Source: Candidatus Latescibacterota bacterium (GTDB taxonomy: Bacteria > Latescibacterota > UBA2968 > UBA8231). From it: a stretch of 64,000 nucleotides of DNA. The position numbers and the translations under genes were made by a program. The notes beneath the pieces are model-generated. The model did no database searches. It had not been told where the DNA came from and worked only from the letters and a program-made list of their open reading frames with translations. This document shows, piece by piece, positions 10,609 through 18,863 of the stretch. Numbering within the stretch: position 1 is the first letter of the stretch; each line of letters begins with the position of its first letter. The DNA lies in assembly GCA_965208105.1 (NCBI GenBank), contig OZ242318.1, positions 3,328,001-3,392,000 of the forward strand. Direction: 5' to 3'.

Positions 10609-10689
10609 TTGCAGCTCGGCATAAGCCATTCGCAGCAGGGGATTGGGTTTCTATCGTTCCTGCGTTACGTTTCTGCAAAGGAGGGCTTT

Positions 10690-11055
10690 ATGAAAGCTTT
10701 CAGCGTTCGCGAACTGAAAAACAATCCGTCCGCTGCACTACGCGCTGCACGGACACATCCTGTCATTGTACTCAACCGGCATCAGCCGGAGGCCGTTCTG
10801 TTTCACCTCGACGATGATTCGCTACTCGCCGAACCGGGAATCCGCCTCGCGCTCGCCACGGCGTTGTATCGTGACCAAAGCGTCTCACTCGGACAAGCGG
10901 CCCGCTTTTCCGGTATCGGGACTGCCGCTTTCATCCAGCACGTATCCAGGCTTGGCATTCCTGTGGTGCGCGGCAGCCGGGCTTCGGTGTGTGAGGACAC
11001 CGAGGAGATTGAAGCGTTGCGGAAATATTTGTCGCAGCCGACGCAAGCCCCCTGA
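10690..11055 (+). CDS. Phd/YefM-like plus UPF0175 HTH antitoxin
   Basis: MKAFSVRELKNNPS...PVIVLNRHQPEAVL (Phd-like); LYRDQSVSLGQAARFSG (UPF0175); RBS GGAGGG. Confidence 0.8.
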   Translation: MKAFSVRELKNNPSAALRAARTHPVIVLNRHQPEAVLFHLDDDSLLAEPGIRLALATALYRDQSVSLGQAARFSGIGTAAFIQHVSRLGIPVVRGSRASVCEDTEEIEALRKYLSQPTQAP

Positions 11056-11201
11056 GGTGCCTTCAGTTTCTGTACTCATTGGCCTTGACCAGGTCACGCC
11101 GTGGACCGCTCGAGGTTGTCCTCGTTCGCCGGTTAAGAAGGAATGCAACTGTCCATTTTCCTGGCGTTGCCATCACTGAGGTGCTGCCAAATACCTTCAG
11201 T
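11016..11201 (+). pseudogene. Remnant of DUF3368-type PIN toxin
   Basis: VAADASPL and LIGLDQV in different frames separated by a short insert; fits the (V)VxDxSPLI start of PIN partners of UPF0175. Confidence 0.5.
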
Positions 11202-11291
11202 ACGACTGCGGAACAAAAGTAGGGATTGCTAATGGGAGAGGGACACCGAGATGCAAGGGCGGCGAATCCGGTCCCATACAGAACCAGTTGT

Positions 11292-12026
11292 TTATCGTGT
11301 CTTCAGGTATGACTGGATCTTGGCGAGAAGGCTTGCAGCAAAATTGTGGAAGGATAGTTCGGGAGATGGCTCGCTGTAATCTCCTGTCTCGGCCGCGGTT
11401 GCTGGTGATTTGAGAAGGCATGTGGAGTCGTATTTTCGTTCACGAACCAGCTTGGTAAGCAGGATTTCGGTGCGCTTCACGTAGCTTGCACCACGGAACT
11501 CCTCAAAGACTCTGAAGTGAGGCTCGTAGACGCGCACTGGAGTATTGGCCCGATATGAATCGCCAATCAGCATCAAGTATCCAAGCCACGGTTGAGGAGA
11601 GTCACCGAAAGCTCCATCTCTATACGCAGTCCAGAAGTCCTCGGCGTTACCAAGTGACTCTTCCGTCCTGTTATTCAGGTTGTTGCCATATGAGCTGGCA
11701 ATCGATTTGAACTCGATGGTTGCAAGCAGGCGACCATCGAGGATAACAAGCAAGTCCCATTTCTTTGCTGAGCGATAATATCCCGGTAGTTCGAGCTTGG
11801 TGTCCCGGTAAATTGAACTCGAAGGCAGTCCTTCTTCGGTTAACAGTTGCGTGACGAGATTGATGAATCCATTCATTTGTTTGCCGCCGGTTGCCTGCGA
11901 CCTGCGGCCTCGGTCCCGGGCTTCCTCATCTCCTGATCTGCCCTGCCTTTGGCCCTGGCGCTCCAGAGTCATCCAGTAATGTCTGACAGCGGTTCTCACT
12001 CGGCCTTTCAAGTCCGTTCGAGCCAT
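11292..12026 (-). CDS. XhoI/PaeR7I family type II restriction endonuclease
   Basis: GGKQMNGF, LPGYYRSAKKWDLLV, IEFKS, GNNLNNRTEESLG, PWLGYLM; TAATG coupling to MTase stop. Confidence 0.88.
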   Translation of the reverse strand: MARTDLKGRVRTAVRHYWMTLERQGQRQGRSGDEEARDRGRRSQATGGKQMNGFINLVTQLLTEEGLPSSSIYRDTKLELPGYYRSAKKWDLLVILDGRLLATIEFKSIASSYGNNLNNRTEESLGNAEDFWTAYRDGAFGDSPQPWLGYLMLIGDSYRANTPVRVYEPHFRVFEEFRGASYVKRTEILLTKLVRERKYDSTCLLKSPATAAETGDYSEPSPELSFHNFAASLLAKIQSYLKTR

Positions 12027-13054
12027 TACTTTCTTTCCTGGCAAGCGATTTCGGCCGTGCTGAACAGGCCATCCAGGTCTCTGGAGATTCGGGATCGGGC
12101 CAGTTCCATGTACTCGGGGTCCACCTCGTATCCGATGCTGTTTCTCCCCCAGCGGGCAGCCGCTACGGTGGTTGTGCCTGTCCCGAGAAAGGGATCAAGA
12201 ACGGTGTCACCGACGAAGCTGAACATTCTTACCAGACGTTCCGCAAGCTCCAACGGGAAGGGAGCCGGGTGTCGGCGCGTGGACGCGCCGGCTATGTCTG
12301 ACCAGATTTGGCGGAACCATTTCTGGTAGTTCTCTGCGGAGACTATACTGAGAAGACGTTTTGCCGGGCCAGGTTTACGATATCCCCCCGGTTTTCGTTC
12401 CATCAGCAGAAACTCCACATCGTGTTTGATCACCGCATTAGGTTCATAGGGCTTGCCGAGAAAGCCGCCGCCGGTACCTACTTCGTAGGCGGCATTGGCG
12501 ATCTTGTGCCAGAAGATGGGCGCCAGGTTGTCGTATCCCACTCTCCTGCAGTGCTCCTGAATCGACGCGTGCAGGGGCACTACCTGATGACGGCCGTTGT
12601 TTTTTCTACGAGAAAGGCATACGTCTCCCACGACGCAAACCAAGCGTCCTCCGGGAACCAGGGCCTTGAAACACCTGCGCCATACCTTGTCCAACTGGCG
12701 GAGAAATTTCTCGTAGTCGTTCCAATGGCCAAGTTGGCCGTCGCACTCCCGATATTTTTTGAGGGTCCAATACGGTGGCGAAGTCACCACCAGGTGCACA
12801 CTATTCGGTTCAAGCTGGATCTCGCGAGCATCCCCCACAACCAGTCGGTGCGTGGTGGGCAAACGCCTGACAGCCTCTTCGACTTCTCTCATGCGCTTCT
12901 CGTCACGCGCTATAGCAGGTATAGCAGTCTGGAGGTCTCCAAGTTCTCGCAGGCTCACCGGGACATAAGAGTCCAGGGCGGTGAACTGGCCAGAAAATTT
13001 TGCTGCTTTCACGTGTGATTCTCGGGATGGGGCTGAAACTGATTTGAAGGACAT
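12026..13054 (-). CDS. Beta-class N4/N6 DNA methyltransferase
   Basis: VVTSPPYW (motif IV) precedes HPAPFP and DPFLGTGTT (motif I). Confidence 0.92.
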   Translation of the reverse strand: MSFKSVSAPSRESHVKAAKFSGQFTALDSYVPVSLRELGDLQTAIPAIARDEKRMREVEEAVRRLPTTHRLVVGDAREIQLEPNSVHLVVTSPPYWTLKKYRECDGQLGHWNDYEKFLRQLDKVWRRCFKALVPGGRLVCVVGDVCLSRRKNNGRHQVVPLHASIQEHCRRVGYDNLAPIFWHKIANAAYEVGTGGGFLGKPYEPNAVIKHDVEFLLMERKPGGYRKPGPAKRLLSIVSAENYQKWFRQIWSDIAGASTRRHPAPFPLELAERLVRMFSFVGDTVLDPFLGTGTTTVAAARWGRNSIGYEVDPEYMELARSRISRDLDGLFSTAEIACQERK

Positions 13055-13362
13055 CTGAGCCGAAAACTATGCCAATCAAGGTGATTTGTCCACTTCTGGT
13101 TTCTAATCGCTTCCAACCCAAACATGTCCGAAAATAACCGCGTCTTGATCCAGTGTCCGCCACATTGCGGCGGGAGACATCGGCCATCCGTGCCGGTCGG
13201 TCTCTGCCCCACAAAGTGGGCATGAACAGGGACGGATGGCGATGGGCATGGCGGCTGCCGGAAGAGGTCGTTGCCCCGGAAGGATGTAGAGTGTACGTTA
13301 AACTTTTCGGTTTGTGCCGAATGGCAAAATCCATTGAGACCGGAACAACGAGGAGGAGAAAA

Positions 13363-14463
13363 ATGAAGGACATGCATGGGAAGAAGCTCCGCATTGCTGC
13401 TCTTATTTCCATGGCCGCATTGCTGATGGCTCAAACCAGCACCGCGGACGAGGCGATTACCGTGGTTTCCTGGGGAGGGTCCTACGCGCGCGCCTGCGTC
13501 AAGGGCTACCACGAGCGCTTCACCGCGGAAACGGGAATAGCCATCAACCTCGAAGACTACAACGGCGGGCTGGCGCAGATCCGCGCCCAGGTGGACGTGG
13601 GCAACGTGTACTGGGACGTGGTGGACCTTGAAATCCCCGACATGGTGCGGGGCTGCGACGAGGGACTGCTCGAAGTCATCGAGATCGACTCGTTGGCGCC
13701 CGGTCCCGACGGAACGCCGGCGGCAGAGGACTTTTTCCCTGAAACTGTCACAGACTGCGGCCCGGCCACCATATTCTACTCCACCGTATACGCCTACAAC
13801 GAGAAGAATATCCCGGGCGAGAAGCCTGCTACCATGGCCGACTTTTTCGATCTGGAGAAATTCCCCGGACGCCGCGGGATGCGCCGCTCGCCGCTGGTGA
13901 ATCTGGAGTTCGCCTTGATCGCCGACGGGGTCCCCCTCGATTCGGTTTACGCCACGCTCGATACGCCCGAAGGCGTGGACCGCGCTTTCCGCAAGCTCGA
14001 TACCATCAAGGAGCACATCGTCTGGTGGGAGGCGGGGGCGCAGCCGCCCCAAATGCTGGCCGACGGCGAGGTGGTGATGAGCACGGCCTACAACGGCCGC
14101 ATCTTCAATGCCCAGGTGCTGGAGGACCAGCCATTCGTCATCGTCTGGGACGGCCAGGTGCTGGATTTCGGCGGGCTGGCCATCGTCGCGGGAACGCCCA
14201 AACTCGAGGCTGCGCGGAGGTTCGTCGCCTTTGCAGCAACCGCCCGGTCCATTGCCGATGTCGGCCGCTACATCGCCTACAGCCCGACGCGGAGATCAGC
14301 CGTGCCATTGATCTCGACCCACGCCGAAAAGGGTGTGGACATGATTCCGCACATGCCCACCAGTCCGCAGAATTCCAGCCGCGCTCTGCACAACGACTGG
14401 GAATGGTGGAGCGACCACGGCGACGAGATGAACGAGCGCTTCAGCACCTGGCTGGCCAGGTGA
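13363..14463 (+). CDS. potD: Polyamine ABC transporter substrate-binding protein (PotD/PotF family)
   Basis: Signal peptide, TVVSWGGSY, FFDLEKFPGRRG, AYNGRI; RBS AGGAGG at 13351. Confidence 0.9.
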   Translation: MKDMHGKKLRIAALISMAALLMAQTSTADEAITVVSWGGSYARACVKGYHERFTAETGIAINLEDYNGGLAQIRAQVDVGNVYWDVVDLEIPDMVRGCDEGLLEVIEIDSLAPGPDGTPAAEDFFPETVTDCGPATIFYSTVYAYNEKNIPGEKPATMADFFDLEKFPGRRGMRRSPLVNLEFALIADGVPLDSVYATLDTPEGVDRAFRKLDTIKEHIVWWEAGAQPPQMLADGEVVMSTAYNGRIFNAQVLEDQPFVIVWDGQVLDFGGLAIVAGTPKLEAARRFVAFAATARSIADVGRYIAYSPTRRSAVPLISTHAEKGVDMIPHMPTSPQNSSRALHNDWEWWSDHGDEMNERFSTWLAR

Positions 14464-14480
14464 GGGAAGGCAAGCGGTTC
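14270..14480 (+). repeat. 211-bp direct repeat copy 1 (3' end of potD plus 17 nt)
   Basis: Near-identical (a few substitutions) to 16039-16249. Confidence 0.95.
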
Positions 14481-14535
14481 TCTTGAAGATGATGGGGAGG
14501 ATGGGGGCATCTGCCTCTCTCTGGTTGGATTGCGC

Positions 14536-15111
14536 TCAATCGGACTGGCGCAGAGATGCGCCGGGTGCAACTTCCAACCGTTCACCACAAGAGCCGCAGG
14601 AAATACGAATTTCTATTAGTACATTCGCCAATCGATTTTGAGCCCCACAGTGGGGACAACTAAAATGGCGCGGCTGCAGAGGTTGCGGCAGGAAGCCTGC
14701 ACGGGACGTTTTCCCCAACTGGACGGGAAACATACTTGCGGCGGCGTCCATGGCGTGCACAATTTCAGGCAAAGGGGCCTGAAAGAATTCTTTGTTGGGA
14801 TTGACCCGGTACCCTTGCAATGCCAGGTGGGCTTGGCCTTCTGCGGGGTCCCGATCTGAAACGTGGACGAAGTAGACGAGTTGAAAATCTCTATAAACCG
14901 CACTGGAACTGCTCAATTCGGCTATCCGGACATGGGGAGGCCGTGATGATTGGCCAATTTTGAATACAGGATCAGTAAATGAACGGTTGCGGCATGCGTA
15001 GATCCAGCCCAAGCGTCTGTATTCCCGACGCCTTCTGTCAAAGGAGGCAATTGCAGCAAAACTTCCTATGACCGGATCAATTTTTCCCACCATTGCTCCG
15101 TGCCTTCCCAT
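14536..15111 (-). CDS. T5orf172/GIY-YIG domain protein with C-terminal Zn ribbon
   Basis: GWIY...FKIGQSSR...RIAELS...NKEFF; CPHC...CGSC. Confidence 0.85.
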   Translation of the reverse strand: MGRHGAMVGKIDPVIGSFAAIASFDRRRREYRRLGWIYACRNRSFTDPVFKIGQSSRPPHVRIAELSSSSAVYRDFQLVYFVHVSDRDPAEGQAHLALQGYRVNPNKEFFQAPLPEIVHAMDAAASMFPVQLGKTSRAGFLPQPLQPRHFSCPHCGAQNRLANVLIEIRISCGSCGERLEVAPGASLRQSD

Positions 15112-15268
15112 CTTTCGTCAACTATTTTTTAGAATAGGTCAAAATGGTTCAGTATCCTCGGCCCTTAAAGGTGGACTTGCCCAATTGACAGCCGGCCCTC
15201 CTGTGCGAGCAACTGATCCCACAATCCGAGGAGTTGCTGGCACACCCGATTATCTTTGACGAAAAAGG

Positions 15269-15297
15269 TTGAATGGATATATCTAATTAGTTATAGT
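15269..15297 (+). promoter_or_regulatory. Sigma70-like promoter with overlapping palindromic operator for the TA operon
   Basis: TTGAAT-17 nt-TATAGT, ATG 5 nt downstream; near-palindrome TATATCTAATTAGTTATA in the spacer/-10. Confidence 0.6.
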
Positions 15298-15302
15298 CAA
15301 TT

Positions 15303-15689
15303 ATGGAGCGTAAGGGAGTACCCCTCAGAAAAGTCCGGTGGGTTGGAGATTGTAGAGAGCAAATACTGCGGTTTCCCAACCAGGTCCGCAAAGATATCGG
15401 GCATGCGCTCTACCTGGCGCAGACCGGACAAACGCCGCCCTCTGCCAAGCCAATGAGAGGCATTGAGCCGGGCGTATTCGAGATTGTCAGTAATTTTTCT
15501 ACAAACACCTACCGTGCCGTCTATACGGTCAAGATTGGCAGAAGCCTTTACGTGCTTCATGCATTTCAGAAGAAATCAAAAAGAGGGACCGCCACCCCTA
15601 AGAAAGATCTCGATTCAATCAAAGGACGGTTGAGACGAGCCAAGGAGCTGGATAAACAGGAGAGGAAAAACCATGACAGGGGAAATTAA
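15303..15689 (+). CDS. higB: RelE/ParE (Gp49/HigB-like) toxin
   Basis: GVFEIV...TYRAVY...YVLHAFQKKS; toxin-first order. Confidence 0.88.
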   Translation: MERKGVPLRKVRWVGDCREQILRFPNQVRKDIGHALYLAQTGQTPPSAKPMRGIEPGVFEIVSNFSTNTYRAVYTVKIGRSLYVLHAFQKKSKRGTATPKKDLDSIKGRLRRAKELDKQERKNHDRGN

Positions 15690-15999
15690 GGTTCGACAGA
15701 GCAGTGGCAACATTTTTGCCGATTTGGGATTTAGTGAAGAGGAAGCGAAAGAAGAGTTGCTCAAAGCCCAACTTGGCGCGGAGATTTTTCGGATTCTCGC
15801 ACACCGCAAGCTCACTCAGACGAAGGCAGCTGAGATTTTAGAAGTTAAGCAGCCAGAAATTTCCCGGCTTAAAAGCGGCAAGTTTTCCTATTACAGCGTC
15901 GAACGGCTGATGCGGTTTCTGGAGCGCCTGAATTGCGAGGTGAGCATTCATATTGCCTGGCCCGAAAGTGAAGGGGCCAAGAAGGTCATAGCGATATAG
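15673..15999 (+). CDS. higA: XRE/HTH_37 antitoxin
   Basis: SSGNIFADLG, LTQTKAAEILEVKQPEISRL HTH. Confidence 0.88.
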   Translation: MTGEIKVRQSSGNIFADLGFSEEEAKEELLKAQLGAEIFRILAHRKLTQTKAAEILEVKQPEISRLKSGKFSYYSVERLMRFLERLNCEVSIHIAWPESEGAKKVIAI

Positions 16000-16038
16000 T
16001 CAGAGTCCCCACCCGACGACGAATCGCAGCGGTGCCGA

Positions 16039-16249
16039 ACATCGCCTACAGCCCGACGCGGAGATCAGCCGTGCCATTGATCTCGACCCACGCCGAAAAA
16101 GGGGTGGACATGATTCTGCACATGCCCACCAGTCCGCAGAATTCCAGCCGCGCTCTACGCAACGACTGGGAATGGTGGAGCGACCACGGCGACGAGATGA
16201 ACGAGCGCTTCAGCACCTGGCTGGCCAGGTGAGGGAAGGCAAGCGGTTC
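16039..16249 (+). repeat. 211-bp direct repeat copy 2 (orphan potD 3' fragment)
   Basis: Encodes IAYSPTRRSAVPLIS...ERFSTWLAR*, matching the potD C-terminus. Confidence 0.95.
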
Positions 16250-16315
16250 AGGGTAGTCGGCTGGAGTGTCGTCTACAAAAGTTGATTCCGGGGTATTTAA
16301 GGAGAGTTCCCAGAA

Positions 16316-18358
16316 ATGGAAACACAGCAGAGCTTTGCTTTCGATGATCCACATTCCCGCACCCGGAGCGAGGGACTGGAGGTCGTCCATGCGTCCGCAA
16401 AGGGTTCGGAGAGATTCGACAGGGAATCTCTGTTCGGAGGTTTTACGGCTATGCGTGCGCTCACTTATACTCCGAGCATCCCTATGATTCTGGGCCTACT
16501 CAGAGATTACGACTACGAGGATTTCGAGTGTACCTTCGGGCACAGCGGCATATTGTCTCGGGACGCTGCCGACCTGTTGGGGTTCCAGTCCGTTGTGGAC
16601 GAAAAACTAAACAAAGGTTTTGTCGGGATCGGAGGTTTGCCCGAAGAACGCAGAAAGATCCTCTATGACCGCGCCGCGGAGGAAAGGGCCCGATTCTTCG
16701 TCGTCAAAGACGCTATAGCCCACGCCAAAATTTACCTTTTGAAAAAAGAAGGATTCAGGAGGGTAGTTGTCGGTTCCGCCAATCTTTCCGAGACCGCCTT
16801 CTCCGGAAGACAGGCCGAGACTTTGATTGTCTTCGACAACGATGAGACGGCATGGGAGCACTATAGCCGCCAGTACGATGCTGTCCGCCAGATTGCTTCG
16901 AGCAAAGTTCCTCTCCGGGAAAAGCCCATCCTTGCAGAGCATTTGCCAATTGAAGAGACTCCTGCACTGAAGCAGGCTGAAAGCAGCAGCGCCGACGTGG
17001 CACTATATGTTCCATCCGAACAGGAGAATGAGCGTGACTTCAGTATCCCTCAGGTTTTGTCCCAGGTGGAGCACATCAGGTCGGTCCGCCGCCGGGCCTT
17101 GGCTGATATTCACCCTGACAAAAAAGGCAATGTCAAGTTCACTGCGAGCATCATCAAACAGATGACTCGAATCCACACATCCAGACATGAGGATGAAGGT
17201 CCGAAGACATACCTCTCATACAACGGCGGCGTCTTTACCCTCTCCGGCAACGAGATTGGCATGGAGGCCGATCCGTCTCAAGTCCGCAGTGATGTCGGAG
17301 CCTGGTTGGAGTTTTTCGGGAATTATGCCAATGGCTTCGTGGGTGATATTCCAAGATTGCAGCGGGATTACTTCACGTTCATGTGCTGGTTCTATTTTTC
17401 GCCCCTGATGTGCGATTTGAGAAATGCCGCACTGCGCCAGAACCGCTTCAGCTTCGACCAGCCGATGTTCGCGGTACTCTATGGGCAAAGCAATTGCGGC
17501 AAGAGCAGCCTGATCGAAACTCTCATGACCTCCATGTTTTCACACCCGAGAATAGTTGAAACCCAATCTTTTACCCGCAGGAATCTTCGCGGTCTGCAAG
17601 AATCCTACAAACGGTTCCCCGTTGTCTTTGATGACGTCTCACGTGAACGGTTCAGCCGCCATGCTCCAGAGATCATCAAGGACGAGGCAATTTATTTTTC
17701 AGAGTATCCTTGTTTCGCCCTTTCCATGAATGCCGATGCGCGCAGCTTTCTACCCGAGATCGTGAAGCGCTGCCTGATGATTTACACGAGGACATCGCTC
17801 CCGGGCGACAACCCTACAGCCCGCCGAAAACTGCAGAGATCGGTCGCGTCAATTCGCGACAGGATGACCACCGCACTGTATAGGGAGTATCTGAGGCAGA
17901 TTGTTGAAGAATTGGATTCCCTGCGTGAATCTAACGCATCGGAAAGCGGTGAAGTGGATGCGCTCGAACTTTCCTCCAGCGTGTTGTGCCGCATCATGGA
18001 GGAGAACCTGCCGCCCGGAGCAAGAATGCCCGACTGGTGTTCTCCGATGACCTTGAGTGAATATCAGAGCCGGGCATTTGAAAGGCCACGCCTTGTCCTG
18101 GGGAATCTCCTGCATCCAGACAGATACAGCGGCCAGCGCAAACCGGCCGCTGGAAGCTGGACCATAACGGGGGATACGGTGATCATAGCGGGTGATATAA
18201 TGGCGTCGAGCCGTATAAAAAGCGACATACCGGACTGGATTCTGGACGATACCGCGAGCGTATCGGACCAGATCACTCTGAAACGCGACCAACTGGAAGA
18301 ATTTCTGGGCAGGCGCATGAGGTCTCCCCGGCGCTGGCTGCGGTTTCTACGAACTTGA
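16316..18358 (+). CDS. PLD-family nuclease domain fused to P-loop (SF3/AAA+-like) ATPase
   Basis: HAKIYLL...VGSANLS (HxK/GSxN); GQSNCGKSS Walker A, VVFDD Walker B, LSMN motif C-like, VKRC putative Arg finger. Confidence 0.8.
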   Translation: METQQSFAFDDPHSRTRSEGLEVVHASAKGSERFDRESLFGGFTAMRALTYTPSIPMILGLLRDYDYEDFECTFGHSGILSRDAADLLGFQSVVDEKLNKGFVGIGGLPEERRKILYDRAAEERARFFVVKDAIAHAKIYLLKKEGFRRVVVGSANLSETAFSGRQAETLIVFDNDETAWEHYSRQYDAVRQIASSKVPLREKPILAEHLPIEETPALKQAESSSADVALYVPSEQENERDFSIPQVLSQVEHIRSVRRRALADIHPDKKGNVKFTASIIKQMTRIHTSRHEDEGPKTYLSYNGGVFTLSGNEIGMEADPSQVRSDVGAWLEFFGNYANGFVGDIPRLQRDYFTFMCWFYFSPLMCDLRNAALRQNRFSFDQPMFAVLYGQSNCGKSSLIETLMTSMFSHPRIVETQSFTRRNLRGLQESYKRFPVVFDDVSRERFSRHAPEIIKDEAIYFSEYPCFALSMNADARSFLPEIVKRCLMIYTRTSLPGDNPTARRKLQRSVASIRDRMTTALYREYLRQIVEELDSLRESNASESGEVDALELSSSVLCRIMEENLPPGARMPDWCSPMTLSEYQSRAFERPRLVLGNLLHPDRYSGQRKPAAGSWTITGDTVIIAGDIMASSRIKSDIPDWILDDTASVSDQITLKRDQLEEFLGRRMRSPRRWLRFLRT

Positions 18359-18564
18359 ATCGATTCTGACGTGGCCAGGCGCATACAAGAAATCCGGTCG
18401 ACAAACGCCGGCGGATTCCCTGGTAATCGCGAATTCGGCTACTCGCGAAGTGGTCTGCAACTGTGCAGGATTGTTAAAGGCAAACAGCTTAATCTGTGAA
18501 TTAGATGCCTTTACGCAGGAGAAAGGCGGAAAAAAGTATAAATGTCAGAGAAAAAGGAGATTTG

Positions 18565-18854
18565 ATGGACTACCTCGCGGAAAAAAACCTCAAGAAGACC
18601 AGGGAACTATGGGAAAAGCTTGCCAGTGAGCGGGAGTTGGTCATCACCCCAGGGATGGCAAACCTTTGGCCATGATGATCAGCATCTCTACTGAGACCGT
18701 AGAGGAGTCTCTGGCGGAGATTCGTCGGACGCTCTTTTCGGCCGCCATAAGGAGGGTTCGGAAGAGGGCTGAAAGGGAGGGGATACCGGACGACGCCGCG
18801 ATAGCAGCAGAGATCGATCAGAGTAGAAAGGGACGTGGTCTGTTTGAAAAATAG
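18565..18854 (+). pseudogene. Frameshifted Phd/YefM antitoxin, cognate toxin absent
   Basis: RBS AGGAG, MDYL...LWEKLASERELVIT, frameshift in ACCCC near 18647, then RDGKPLAMM...IAAEIDQSRK*. Confidence 0.75.
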
Positions 18855-18863
18855 TGGATTAGA

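Noticed and set aside
14486-14510. GAGGATGGGG similarity to the potA 3' end (about 6377-6386)
   Set aside because: Too short and low-complexity to support a shared att site
16032-16232. 66-aa ORF nearly identical to the PotD C-terminus
   Set aside because: Part of the duplicated fragment; no signal peptide or clear RBS; treated as a repeat, not a gene
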